DNA of 63,267 bases, filler included, from Cercozoa sp. M6MM (lineage: Eukaryota; Protista; Endomyxa: Ascetosporea), in the NCBI GenBank assembly GCA_040357565.1. It is 8 parts of 8 records of this genome, joined end to end, with 100 filler letters (N's around TTAATTAATTAA, not from the genome) between each part and the next. Parts side by side here need not be neighbours in the genome. Positions count along the whole stretch, not along the records: positions 1 to 8,982 come from JBDODJ010000500.1; positions 9,083 to 31,895 come from JBDODJ010000178.1; 6 more parts are not named here. One strand, 5' to 3'. The notes under the pieces were generated by a model. The model made no database searches. It saw nothing but the letters and a program-made list of their open reading frames with translations, and had not been told where the DNA came from. How positions within the stretch are numbered: the stretch's first letter is position 1; the number at the start of each line of letters is the position of its first letter. Below, one piece after another: positions 1-12,810 of this stretch. The position numbers and the translations under genes are program-made.

Positions 1-248
1 CTCTCGTAGTCCGGGTCAACTTGATCTGCCACTTCTGCAGTGTTCTCATGCTGTTTTAGTGCGTCTTTGCGGGTCAGGAGCTCTAATCTTATATGCCCAT
101 GCACTGCGCTGATGATAGTTAGTACGCGTATTTAAAAGTGGGCTCCAACGCCCCAGAACCCATTAGGTTCAGTTGCGTGTCGTTGGTTCAGTTAGGTGAA
201 GTTGCGCGTGCGTGGAGACGGGGGCCGCGATGAAAGGGAACAAAAACA

Positions 249-1041
249 CTAGTGACCGGCTGCCTCCTGAGCGGCCTTGACACGCGCTGCCTCAGTTTTC
301 TTGCGTTCTGTGTTGGCGTCGTCAATCTACAGGTACGCCACAGTACAACGGTCCAGGTACCAATGGAATAATGCTGTAAAGAAACAAACAAAACGCACGT
401 GCGGGAACAGCAGCTGGCGCACGGCCGGCTTGAGCGACTCAAACGCAATGTCGAGACGCGCACGCAGCGTGTTATCGCAGCGGATTTTGCCCTCACTGTG
501 CTCGCAATCACATGTAATACTGCAATACAAAGCCTGCAATGCAAAACACAAGCAACACAACGCACCGAGCGAGCAACACGACACCACCAGCCGTGTCGGC
601 CGACAGAGGCGTCGGATCAAGCGTAAGCTTCAAGGGCGGGAAGTCAACGCCGCCTTCGCGCATGACCTGATGAAGCAGATAAGTCCAAACGCACATTTAA
701 GGAAGGCTGGGCTACAGATGTACCTGTTCGTACAGATGCGACGTCTGCGACAGCAATCCTTTCACAGTGGTGGCATCCGAAGCCAAGCAGCGTACTGCTA
801 CCGCCTTCTCGCGCAGCATGCTACAAGCACGCACACCTCATAGATCAACGAGAAAGCAAGCAGGGGGGGGGGGCAAATATACACGAGGCCACGCACAATG
901 AGCAGCTTCAACAACGTGCCGTATTCCTTATGCTGGCCTATGGAAATACCTTTTCTTGTGAGAAAACACGAGTGAAGCACATATAGATTTTGGTACTCGT
1001 CTCTGTTGACAGACGCTCAAGCGTACGCGACTTGAGCTGCA

Positions 1042-1091
<50 letters not shown>

Positions 1092-1101
1092 NNNNNNNNN
1101 N

Positions 1102-1149
<48 letters not shown>

Positions 1150-1637
1150 CGAAATTTTGCTGCATGAGGGAGATGGAAAAGTGGGATACCTCAGACAGCA
1201 CACGCTCGCGCTCGCGCATAGTGGCCACACGCGCCTCGCCGATCTGTTGCGATCTCTCGCTGCACTCATATATGACCATTAAACCTTGCAACGACTGGTG
1301 TGCTGTACATCTTGCGCTGCACTTCGACACGCTTGGCGTTGTCGGCGAACTCCTTGCGAAGCGTCGCCTTGGCTTCCTCGATCAGGCGTAGCTTCTCCTA
1401 GGAACCAAACACACCAATCACACTGTGCTAGAGGCGCTGGATACAGCAATATTCACAAGAAAACCATGTTGAACTCGGCGTCGGCCTTGATGCGCAGCTC
1501 CTCTGCCTTTTCGCGGGCTTCCTGTCAAGACAACAGAAGAGTGAGTGTTCACAACTCACAGCGGAGTGAACCAAACATACCTGCTTGATAAACTCGACCA
1601 TACGGTCAATCTGTCGTTCGGCCATGTCTGCGTCCAT
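249..1637 (-). CDS. ATP6V1E: V-type H+-ATPase subunit E (multi-exon; probable 5' UTR intron at 1638-1707)
   Basis: Spliced across GT-AG introns: MDADMAERQIDRMVEFIKQ|EAREKAEELRIKADAEFNM|EKLRLIEEAK...EYGTLLKLLIVRGL...TAGGVVLL..GKIRCDNTLRARLDIAFESLKPAVRQLLF. These are the hallmark Vma4 N- and C-terminal motifs. Confidence 0.95.
1045..1148. repeat. (CA)n microsatellite, intronic
   Basis: Seen directly, with an internal 10-N gap. Confidence 0.95.
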
Positions 1638-1991
1638 CTACGAGCGAAAAAATCAAACAACAACATTCAAGTAAAAAAAAAAAAGCAAAAAAATGAAAAA
1701 ATATACCTGTTTCGTTGTCTCGGTGTGCAACCTCCAAGCACGTGTGCGCCAAAACTTGGAGAAAGAGTTGAATCGCTGCTTCAGCTAGGTCACTGCCTGC
1801 GTTGCGATCTACCCCGCAGTTTTCTCTACCGGCTCGAAACAATTGAATCATGATCCCAAAAGTTGTCCTTGTTACTGTACTGTACTGTACTGTTACAGTA
1901 CTGTTACAGTACAGTATTGTTCATGTCGTTACACAAGAAAAAGTTAGTTGGCGGCGTACCGAAAGTTGCACGCAATCTCGGTTTCTAGCAG

Positions 1992-4900
1992 CTATTCTTG
2001 TGTTACAGTGACCGGGGTCGCAAGTTGTGCTTGCAGGTGATCAGGCGGCGTGCGTGCCGTTCTGTGTGCAAGGCGTACTTGTACATTGAGACGAGATGAG
2101 GAGATTGAAACGTACGTGCGGAGCCATGGATGGCGCAGCAGCTGCTGAGGCGTCGGGCGTTGCGATGGCACTCGTCGGAAACACTGCTGCAGAAAGTCGC
2201 GTGCGTTCGCGCTGATCTGCGACTCACAGCGAAAGAACTGGAAGACTTTGCTACATGTACGATGCGAGACTACCTGCAGCGAGTCGAGCTCGGATTCGAC
2301 CAGCTCGAGAGGCGTTGTCGACGCGAAAAGTGTCTGCAAACCACTGAGTATTCCGAAAACCACCAGGAACCTTGGATGGGGATGGTACGAGCAGTTCTGC
2401 GCTGGCAGCTTCGGCCTCACTGTCTACTTCAGGCCTCTCAGTCTCAACGTTGTCTGCGTATATGAACATAACAGCAGCGAAACGGGAGTTCACAGCAAAC
2501 AAAAGGAAATCACAGTGTTGTTTGGCGAGACGGACGGCATCCGCGCGGATACGAAGAGCCGAACCGCACCCTAGATTAACAACACTGTACAACATTTTGG
2601 GAGCAAAATCAGAAGCAAAATCCACCGTGCGACGTATCTCGCAGTTGACGGCGAAGCACGCTGTTATCGATTAATCTGCCGTCATCCCATGGCACGCGTC
2701 CAAGGAGGCCTTGCAGCGCGACACAGCCAAGTGACCACATGTCCGTGCTGTAGTCGATCCATCTTCCTGCTTGCACGCAGAATTCGAAGCGACCCATCCT
2801 AAAACTGTGAAAGCGCCAGTGTACCTCCCAACGCTTCAGGTGAGGCGTACAAAACGGCGCCACCGCATCGGTGATCACGCAGTAAGGCATGAAGCCTCGC
2901 ACTAACAACATTGACAAGTTCCAGGTAACGGCTGTGGACATGCGAAAGACCAAACCATACCCGAAAAAGGACACATATATTCCGCCATCTTCGCCAGTGT
3001 GCACACAATCGGGAGCCAATCGACCGTGTATCTGGACAGCGCAACCACTCAGTGAAATCAGTGCCTTCAGGTAAACTACCGTCAGTACCACCTTTTGCGA
3101 GTGAAGCTCCTTCAACGCGTGCAAAATCGCGAACAGATGCACGCGAAGCAGTCCTTCTGGCATACGCGGTAGAACGCGCAAGGTACGTGCCATGCAAGCA
3201 CCACCTACCGAGTACAGAAGCGCAATGAAACTAGTCAGTTGCTTGCTGGGAGCGCCACTCAAATAGTACCCTTGAACTCGTGCAAGATTGAAAATGCCCC
3301 AGGCATGTCAATGATGCCGGTGTAGTGGCACAAGAAGCGTCCGCGAACTGCTCGAAGTCTCGACACCTGTGCCATGCAATCACAAAACATGCTGGCTAAG
3401 CCGTTTTGGTGTGGGAATTTTCAATTTACACCACACCTCTTGCGCGAGAAGTCGTCTTGCGAAGCGACGGGCCAAGTGGCGTCCATCAGAAGCACAGTGG
3501 CTACAAGTATCACACAGTGAACTATACAGTTCACTCATGCTGACATTGGGTACCGGAGTGCACTGACGTGTTCTTGATACTGCATGACACTTGCGGGTGC
3601 ATCAACCATATCATCGCTGGTCTCGTCGTCATCTGCACGGGTATCGCCAATGCCTGCAGTCGTACCGTACTGTGTTGTGTACAATGGGACGTCAAGCTGT
3701 AGCGGCGTTGGAGCCGCGCTGCGTATCAAATCCGCCAGAGACGTGTCTCGTAACGCTATCAGACAATACAGACCAAGGTGCCGCCCAGTCCAAAAGAAAC
3801 AAAACTTACCAGGCAGAACGCCAGATGGGACTGTCAGAGGGTGGGCACCGACGTTAGCACGCGACTCTGTCGACGTCGTGTATTCGCTCGTGTCCATCGC
3901 TCCCTGAAAAACAACAAGGATAATTCGTACGGTCCATAGTAGACCCCGGCACTAACAATTAATGTCCAGGATAGAGATAGAATATTGCTATTGATGTATG
4001 GCAGTAGCACGTGATTGTCCTCCTGTCCAGTAGAGACTGCGTCGTCCATTGTTGTCGACAGCATAGCCGCCGGTTCTTCCATGCCATGATCGTCGTGATG
4101 AGAAAGAACCGGTATCAGATTATTACGATTGCGATCAATTCTCATGTGCGCATGTGATCTGCTGTCAAAGAATCCTCCAAACCACAGTAAAATGACTCTA
4201 AAATGCCGTACAAGAAGTCGTCGTGCTGATTGGGCGGAAGACGGAGAAAACGAGGGGCATTTGCGCCAAGGTCATCTGCAGCGGCAATGCCACCATTCCC
4301 TTCGTCTCCGGGGGCTCTCTGTCGCTGTAGTTGGGCTTCGTTGTATCTTTCAATAGCCTGGAAAAAACGCATTTACAACAATATGAACGCGCTCAAGCTA
4401 GAACATTAGTTACCGCTCGCGCAGCTTCACGTTCGAGATTGGAGTATTGCAGTAGGGGCGTGGGCGCATGTGCAGTCAGGAATACTCTGGCCTGAATATT
4501 ATAAAAGAAGGCATCGAAATAATTCCACACTTTTTTTGGAAAACCTTCTGTAAGCAGGGCAATACATGGTGCGCTCGAGGGGGCGAAGTGGCCTCAGCCA
4601 CTGTCCATGACCACGAACTAAAGTGGAAGAGGAACAGCGCCGAAGAGTGCGACATTAGCATGTTGTCGCTCTAAGTAAATATGTGGGGAGTTGGAGATAT
4701 TGGTATCAAAGTCCGACTGTACTGTTTTTATCTGCCGGCACAAAGTGCAAGTTTCTTCGCTCGTGTCTGAAGTACCCCTTCGCGTGACGTCCGGACCCTT
4801 ACCGCACATGGCACAGCGCACCCGCGGTGGCTGTGAATCACGCAGTGCGATGCAGTGGTAATGGGCAGGGGACAAATGAACATGCACAGCGAATGCAGTG

Positions 4901-5154
4901 AAACGAACGTGTGGAAAACGCCAACCCAAATTCCGAGTGATGGTCCCTGTAGCGAGTGAGTTAGCCGCTTATTTTAAAAAGCAGTGAAAAATACCGCAAT
5001 TGTCGTCGTCCACGAAGATGAGACCGAAGCAGCGCGGCATCCTCGCAGTCAACCACGGAGGCAATCCACAGTGCGACACGACTTTGTACAAGGCCACGCA
5101 GAGCAGCAAAAACAGAAGCACACTGCCAGTTGCGGCGAGCAGTGCCAGCCACAT
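1992..5154 (-). CDS. Protein-kinase-fold protein, probable pseudokinase, with N-terminal hydrophobic anchor and CxxC..CxxC segment
   Basis: Exons encode MWLALLAATGSVLLFLLLCVALYKV (TM/signal) and CAMC...CTLC. The kinase C-lobe reads FAILHALKELHSQK|IHGRLAPDCV...FFGYG...STDMWSLGCVALQGLLGRVPW...ISANARDFLQQCFRRVPSQRPTPQQLLRHPWL. Confidence 0.75.
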
Positions 5155-5533
5155 CGTCACCGCCTGTGAGGAATACTATCACACAGATACAGTCAGCTTG
5201 TAGATCCTGAGCCTTAATCGGTAATTGAGGCAATTCGCACGAGTGAAGACAAGTTGACTTGTCTCGGCGCACGTCGCGACGCAGCAAACAGTGAGATTTA
5301 GTTTATCCCGCGCAAAAAGAATAAAATATATTCGGACTTCAACTTTCGTTAAGGGGGAGAATCGTACTGAGGTGGACACACAGTCAGTTTGGATCGAAAA
5401 ATACTGTACTTGATCGAGCTAAGTATTGGCAGTGCTACATCCCAAGCTGTGATTAACTCAGTCAGCCGAGAAAACCGAGAAACATTTTCTCCAGCGTCTG
5501 TGAGGCCGTTTGTGAGGCCGCACTTTGAGAAAC

Positions 5534-8500
5534 ATGGCCGCATTGTCAAACATCAGCCTGGGTCTGCAGAAGCTGCAGTCGGCTAAAACGACAGATGTCT
5601 CGTTTGAACTTTTCCGGCGCGAGACAGGAGTACCTCTGCCGCATAGACTCTTGATGGCGACACTAAACGATACGCGTTTGCATGAGGGTCGGTATGTCTT
5701 GTCTTTGATCTGTAAGTATCGTTGCAGTTCAAAGAGATATTTTGAGCATTTAGGTGGTCCCAGGAAGTGATTCAAGGACACGAAGGCTGCGTAAATGCAA
5801 TGTCTTTGTCTCATTGCGAGACACGACTTGCTTCCGGTGGGTTTCTGTCTTTGTTTTGGCAGAGTGTGCGTGTTGATGTAGTTAACAATGCTAATTTTTA
5901 GGCGGCGACGATACACACGTCCGAGTGTTCGACACGTCGAACTTTGTGCAGTCGCTGGAGTGCAACGGGCACCAAAGAAATATCTTCTCTGTAAACTGGA
6001 ATTACACTGACCGGCATTTGGTTTCTGCCGGCTTGGACGGTGAGTTGTCTTGACTATGACACGAGTCATTCGACTCAAGTGTTTGCCTTTCTCAGGTCTC
6101 GTGAACCTGTACGACAGTTCAAGAGGAGGCGATGCATTGCGCACCTACCGGGTACACTTGTTGAAATGTGTCTCTGGAAGGGCTGTCTGGCATGAATAAA
6201 CCTACAGTCACACCAAGGACCAGTTCACAAATCTGAATACCTCAATCGGAGCGATTTTGTGTAATGCTGCTTGTGCTTATTCTGTCAATATGTTACAGTA
6301 ATGTAACGCGCAGGTTTGCAACAGCATCTTCCGACGAAACAATGCGAATTTTCGACACGCGGGTAGATCAAGCAACGCTCAAGCTGTATGTTCGGACTGT
6401 TTCTGGGATATCAGCGCACCATTGAAGACATTGACAATGCCTCAGGAAACTTCAGTCCTCTGTGTCGGCACTAGCGACACATCCACAGTACACTGTTCAT
6501 TCCTTCTGAGGTTCTCATCATGTCCTTCGACTAAATGTGCGTGCGGCAGATCCGAGCACCTGCTCGCGTTTGGAAGCGAGGTTTGTGTCGGTCTTCTCGA
6601 CCTACGGAAACCCTCTATTGTACTTTGAGTAGGCGGTGATTTTGTGTCGGGATGTATTTGCATGTGTGTGCGTGTGTGTGCGATCCGTGTAGCCAGTGGT
6701 GCGGTACGGTGCCGTTCAAACTGGCGACTCAAACGACATGTACTATCATAGTTCCCGCTTGAGTTACTGTGTTGTATGATGTATCACACCCGGAAATAGC
6801 GAAAGCTTGCGCCGAGCACTGTTTATGCGCGCAAGGTATAGGGCGCTACTTTTGTTTCCTGCGTATCACAATGTTAGAACATGTTCAGATTCGGCGGTGA
6901 ATGCACGGCGCTGCGTTTTGACAGAAGTACCTTTGTCCTCAACTCAATAAGATATGTCATCATATTTTGGTAGGAGGACTGCGTTTGCTTGCGACACATA
7001 TCAAAGGGTAACTGAAGTCATAGATGTCCCTCTGCACATATTGAAGATATATGCGCTTGCCTACGAGCACAGAGTGCCCGTGGTGTACGATGCAGTGTCC
7101 GGCGAAACGCAGTACGTCTGCAAAGCGCATTATGCGACTGGAACCACAAACGTTAGCAGCGGCGACAACAGTCGCGGTGGCGACGGCGGCACTGACTTGA
7201 CGCGTTTCATGTACGTATCATCGGTGACATCGAAAACGGCTTGTTTTGGCGGTGCGAACGATGAGTGGGTATCTCTCCGACACATCATTGTCATATCGTT
7301 GTCTACACTGATGCATTGTATCGAAATTAGGTGTTTGGCGGAAGTGACAACACTTTGATTTACGGTTGGCATCTTCCTGACGCCAACCGGGGAAACACAT
7401 GCATCGATCGAGGCTACTTTTTGCCGACAAGACCAGATGTGTTTTACTTGTCACAGAAATGGGACAGTATTTTAAACAGCAAGAGCGATGATAACACTGA
7501 CACAGCCGAAAGTGTTGCCAGCAGCGACATCGACAGTGCCGATATCGACCCAAACAATGTACTTTTGTATTTGTCCCTGCGTTTATCTACAAGTGATAGT
7601 AGTGACCTTAGATGCAAGATGTTGTGCGCGTCCTCATGCGGCATCGAGCCGCAGCAGATCACGAAGTGTCCGTGCGCGAGCTCGCGCAACAGTCGGTACT
7701 CTTTTCTCGATGATCGGTACGCCCTGACTCAGAATGGAACCACAATGGTTCTATTTCAGCGGGAGTCGAGAGACGGAAAGCAAGTCACTCCGAGCGTTGT
7801 GTTGCAAGGTGCCCGCAGTATCCCGAACCAGTACCTTTTCTGTCTGAACTTTGCAGATCTCCATATAATGTGCATACACGCAGACTAGTTTGGCACCCGT
7901 CAAAATGTGTTCTGTACGCAAGCGGTGTCGAGAAGGTGATTCGCGTCTTTGGTCCTTTTGCACGCAATGCCACGCTGCACTTTGGCGGTCGATCAAGATG
8001 CTACCGTATTGCGTTACTCACTCTTGTGTCCTTTGTGTATGAACTCCCGTAATCCCATGAACGTGTGTGCAGAAGGATGCGACAATGCACCTGCGATTCT
8101 CCAGTCTCGAATCGAACAATCGTGCGACCTCAACAATGTCAGAAGCCGAATTGTTGTACCAACAACTCTTATGTCAGAGGCATGCCGCATTGATATCTCC
8201 GCCATTATTTATTTTGTAGCAAGCATCTGTCGAAGAACGCATGGGAATCGACGTTTCAGGCGTTGAAGAGGATCGCGCTGTTCAAGCTCACTTTGACCTC
8301 TATGCGCATCAAAATGGCGCCTACGAAGAGCCCAGCGGTCCAGACGAGTCAGCTGCTATGCGCTTACGTCGCATGATGGAGGTACTGCCAAGGTTGGTTT
8401 TGATTTTAAATGCCTGCCTTTCATGTGTTTGTGTTCGCAGGCAGCCATGGGAGGCGCTTTGCAGGCGGTGCAAATTATTTTGCCCAATCAAGAAGGAGAG

Positions 8501-8623
8501 GGAGGTGTCGAGTTGCGTTTGCGTGCTCGGAACATTGATACAGATGACGATACCGATAACAGCGACGACGATACCAATCCAAACGATGCTGACGGTACTT
8601 CGGAAGATTCTGATGCACATTAA
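5534..8623 (+). CDS. DCAF5: DDB1-CUL4-associated WD40 protein, DCAF5/WDR22-like
   Basis: Spliced: GHEGCVNAMSLS...LASG|GDDTHVRVFD, FATASSDETMRIFDTR, TSKTACFGG, GGSDNTLIYGW, GARSIPNQ..WHPSKCVLYASGVEKVIRVF, EEDRAVQAHFD. These match remembered DCAF5 motifs in order. Confidence 0.8.
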
Positions 8624-8794
8624 AATCGGACCATTCTGTCGACCTCAACTTGAACTTGGAGCTTCGCTTGCGATTAGAGAACTGACGTACGGTACAGTAG
8701 TTAGTTGGTTTAGGGTGCTATGCAACGTGCACAGCCGATAGGGACTGAAGGTAGATACTGTATATTGTATCTACTCGGCCGGACTGGAGCGGTT

Positions 8795-8921
8795 TATTTG
8801 TCAAGCACGAGACGACTGACGCCCCAATGACGTCTCCTGCCGCGCTTTGCAAAACGGCGCGGGTGTGTCGTACGAGGTCGTTGTAGCGCTGCTTGCGAGC
8901 GATAAAAGTAGTCGCACCTGC

Positions 8922-8982
<61 letters not shown>

Positions 8983-11079
8983 NNNNNNNNNNNNNNNNNN
9001 NNNNNNNNNNNNNNNNNNNNNNNNNNTTAATTAATTAANNNNNNNNNNNNNNNNNNNNNNNNNNNNNNNNNNNNNNNNNNNNCAAAGTATACAGAGCAAG
9101 GGACAACAAGTCAACGGTCAAGGGTCAAGAGCAAGGGTAAGGGTAAGGGTGAAGAGAAACTACCATGAGCAGCAGCGGCATCTCGCAGCGCAGCGAATGA
9201 CGTGCATTGCACAATGGCCTATTCACAAATCCCATACTATCAGATGGGGGGGGGGGTACTACTAGTTACTACTAGTTCAACCCACCTGTACAGCTGCACG
9301 AGTCGCTTCTTCACTCTACATGAGTAGCAGTCATACAGGACAATGTGCGGTAAGGGTAGGGGTAGGGGTAGGGCACACCTGTGTCTGGGTCTGCACGTGC
9401 TGTATCATGTGTAGCGGCGTGAGCAACTTGCGTTGGTCGCCTCCGACTGTCGAGGGGACCATCAGGTCCTGTGTGCAAGGCTATGGTGACACAGGAACAG
9501 AGGCCTCGAACGGTGCTACCTCTGCCGAGAGACCCTGTCGGCGCAAGCGACGTCGCATGACACGCAGCTTGCCCTGCAGTGTGGCCACGTCGCGTCGACG
9601 CAGCTTGTGCCGCGTGAGACACATGTCACGCAGCAAACGCAGCTGCTCGGCGTCCCTGCGCAGACACGCGTGCTCCTCCTCATACTGCTTGCGTCGCTGC
9701 CTCGCGTGCGCTGCAACACTCCACAGTCTCACGGGGGGGGGGTATACAACACACATGGACCGTACCAGCCAGTGCAGACAGACGCAGCTTGCCCGGCAGC
9801 GACGTGGCAACTTCGAAAATGTGCGGCTGCGCGCGTCCGCGGAAGTGCTCCGTTGCCTGTATACGCATGCGTTGTGTAGACATGTGTTGTGTAGACATGT
9901 GTTGTGTCATGTGTTAGGGGGTGCTACCGTCATGTAGAAGTGCGCATCACGCGTCCACTGCGGCTCGCGTATCCGTCGCAGACAGCTCAGTCGTGTCTCG
10001 TTCACCTTCCTGACACACAAGAGACATTGATACAAAAGGACCGTCACAACAGACCAGAGCAACAATGTACTTGGCACGCTCCTCCAGGGTACGTGCGCGT
10101 GTTGTCTACAGGAGGCATGTCACATATGCCAGAGTTGGACACATTGAGGAAGCTACTGTGAACAGGTACCTGATGTCGCAGCAGTGACTCCAACTGTCTC
10201 GCCTGTTCAACAAAGGGGAGGGGGGTAAAGGCTGCAAGTGAACGTAGGGTGGGAGCAGATACAAGCGAGTGCAGCGCGCTGGAGGCTTTCTTGAGCGAGG
10301 CAAGCGACGCGAGCGACTGCAGGAAACTCTGACGCGCTGTTTCGAGACTCTCGCGGCCTTCCACACTGTCGAAAAATGAAGGTGAACAAGTAGAGGGTCA
10401 GGGAGTGACACGAGAAGCTGAGGGATAGGTGCAAAGTACGTGTGCTGCTCCACAAGTGAGCGGAAGCGGCGTACATTGGCACCAAGTGACGCCAGCAGTG
10501 CCGACTCTTGCTGCAACGCGTGTTCGATCTGCAGCAGCAAGAGGACAAAGGTGAAGCACGCACACAAGCTACACCAGACAGAAGCTACGTCGTGTAGGAC
10601 GGCCTGCCGACTGCTACGGTGATACGTGTTGGTACAGTGCTGCGAACTGCTGTTGCTGTCGCAGCCGTTCTGGTACACGTCTCTGTACTCCTCACTGCAC
10701 GTGCACCTGAAAACAACAACAACAACAACAGTTCCGTACGTTAAGAAACAGGGCCGAGAAAGAAGGAGGGACAACGCACTTGACAGGTTGCTCCCAATCA
10801 TCGTCAAATTCGGAGAAACTGCGTCGAAAATTTAGCATTAACTGAACCCTCACTCACTTTAGAACTATGCTTCAAGGCACCTGTCCTCATCAGAAGCATC
10901 ATTGAACTCCCAAGCGTCGTTGTTTAACGTGAGCACGTCAACGCGACTACGAGAAAGCAAGAAGGGCCGTCCAACTGCTTGCCCCCCCTAAATTAAGCAA
11001 AGTGGTACCGCTGCAGGCGCTGCAGATCGCCGAGGCGCGCTCGGAAACGCTTCTGCGACGCCCGAGCTTCCCACGGCAT
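8795..11079 (-). CDS. Hypothetical multi-exon protein with coiled-coil character (spans the gap at about 9000)
   Basis: GC-rich exon-like blocks (IEHALQQESALLASLGANVRRFRSLVEQH; RESLETARQSFLQSLASL; KQYEEEHACLRRDAEQLRLL) are separated by GT-AG-bounded repeat-rich introns. Ends are approximate. Confidence 0.5.
8983..9082. other. Artificial gap linker N-TTAATTAATTAA-N (also at about 31940, 37333, 42337, 47161, 51726 and 60311)
   Basis: An identical 12-mer with stops in all six frames, centred in about 100-nt N blocks, seven times. Confidence 0.95.
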
Positions 11080-11400
11080 TCGATCAGCGAAAGGAGCGTA
11101 AACTCAAAAATCACTGACCGACGGTGACCGACCGCGGTAAGCAAAAATAATTTCTTGCGTCCAGCTTGCTCAAGCCAAAAACGCCGTTATCTCGCCTCGA
11201 TCACTCGCTCACACGGATCCTTTTCGCGCGGGCGGACGTACCCCTCGCCACGACACCACTAGAGCGCGGGTGCACGTCATTTTTCTGTCAGCTCATTTGG
11301 GACAGGTGGACGCGCCTTTGTCGGCAAGAGCCGCTGGGTGTTCCTGTCAGTTTTCTTCGCACATTGCTCTTTAGAAGTTTGAATATTGGACAAAAACAAT

Positions 11401-12712
11401 ATGTTGGCTGAGCAGCGTGCAGTTGTGCAATCTGCAATCGATTTAGTGCAGGAGAGGTATACATTTTTTCGCCTTTTAATCCGAGGAAAAACTTGACCCC
11501 CAGCATGCGCAACAACGACGCCTCGCATGATTTGCGACACGTAAAACGAGTATTGGGCAATGCACGCAAATTGATGGACCTTGAAGGTGCCTAATCTTGA
11601 TCTCTTTTTGGCTTTTGAGACGCAGTCTTGTTTTTGAAGGAGTAACTGAACAATGTGACGCCTTTGTCGTTGAATGTGGTGCTGTGTTGCACGATATCCG
11701 TGACTCAAAATACTCGTACGACACCAGTAGCCCCAAAGTCTCGTGTGTGTTTTGCTGTTCTCGTGATTTACTCAATGCTGCAGCGGCAATGAGTCGTCGG
11801 ATGTCGCCATTGATGCGTTTTTTGATGCGCTTCCGGCCGAAGCGAAGAGCTGTGTCACACCGGAACAAATTGAACATGTATATTTTGTTGTTTTAAGGAA
11901 GAGTGAAGTCAGGGAGGATTTCTTTCTCCTGCGAGATTCAGGTCAAGTCGACAGTGAGGACGTGTTCGTTTTCGACTGAGCTCAAGGCGCGTGATGCAGG
12001 CGGTAGAAGAGAGCACATAGCTGGGTTGTTCGAATAATAGCTTTTGTGCAGAGGTGCCTGAGCTCTCAATTGAGGCAAAAATCGTTCAAGACGCGGACAG
12101 ACTTGACGCTTTGGGTACAGTGGTTTAACGTTTTGCTACCCCGTAATTTGCTCTCAAGTTCTCTATGATGTAATCTCAATCAAAAATAGGTGCCCTCGGC
12201 ATCGCACGCTGCTTCTGCTTCTCGGGCGCACACGTACTGTCAATAAAACTGACCAAGTTAAAAGCACTGTCCAAACACTAAGTTTGCATAGAAAGACGGA
12301 GAGCCCCTGGTGACGCAACTGAACTGGAATGGCGATGATATCAACTCCGTCGAGTGCCTGCCTTCGTACAGTGAGTACAAGGCGACAAGAGAAGAGAGTG
12401 TTGTGGTTATTTCTTTCGTTTCAACCCTCCATAACGTTGTAGCCTGTACAAGGCTTTATCTCGTCTGGTGAACAGGACCATTTTCGCGACAAGCTCCTCT
12501 TGTTACCACTTCTTATGAAGACACGCGAAGGCAAGAAGGAAGCGCTCAAACGCCGCGAGTCACTGCTTGTACGTTCGAACTCGACTCACAGAGCAAATTG
12601 TTATGACTGATGTTCTGTTGCCTCAATCCGTCAGTCTTTCCTCGATACGCTTCGGGGCGAACTTGAGTTCGCCGGTATTGGTGCGCCGGCGATACTCCAC
12701 TCGACTACCTGA
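11401..12712 (+). CDS. HD-domain metal-dependent phosphohydrolase (YpgQ/YedJ-like)
   Basis: Spliced: NDASHDLRHVKRV...AVLHDIRDSKY...EAKIVQDADRLDALG|ALGIARCFCFSG...DHFRDKLLLLPLLMKTREGKKEALKR. Confidence 0.9.
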
Positions 12713-12810
12713 GAATCGAATAGACTAAATTACCCGAGTCTGGAAACTCTAAGACGCGCAAAAGTCGACTATTGTTTTTGTACTTCGGTTACTCCTCAAA
12801 AGATTGCTCA

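Noticed and set aside
1-190. 5' part of a minus-strand gene at the window edge (ELLTRKDALKQHENTAEVADQVDPDYE)
   Set aside because: Too short and truncated to support a call.
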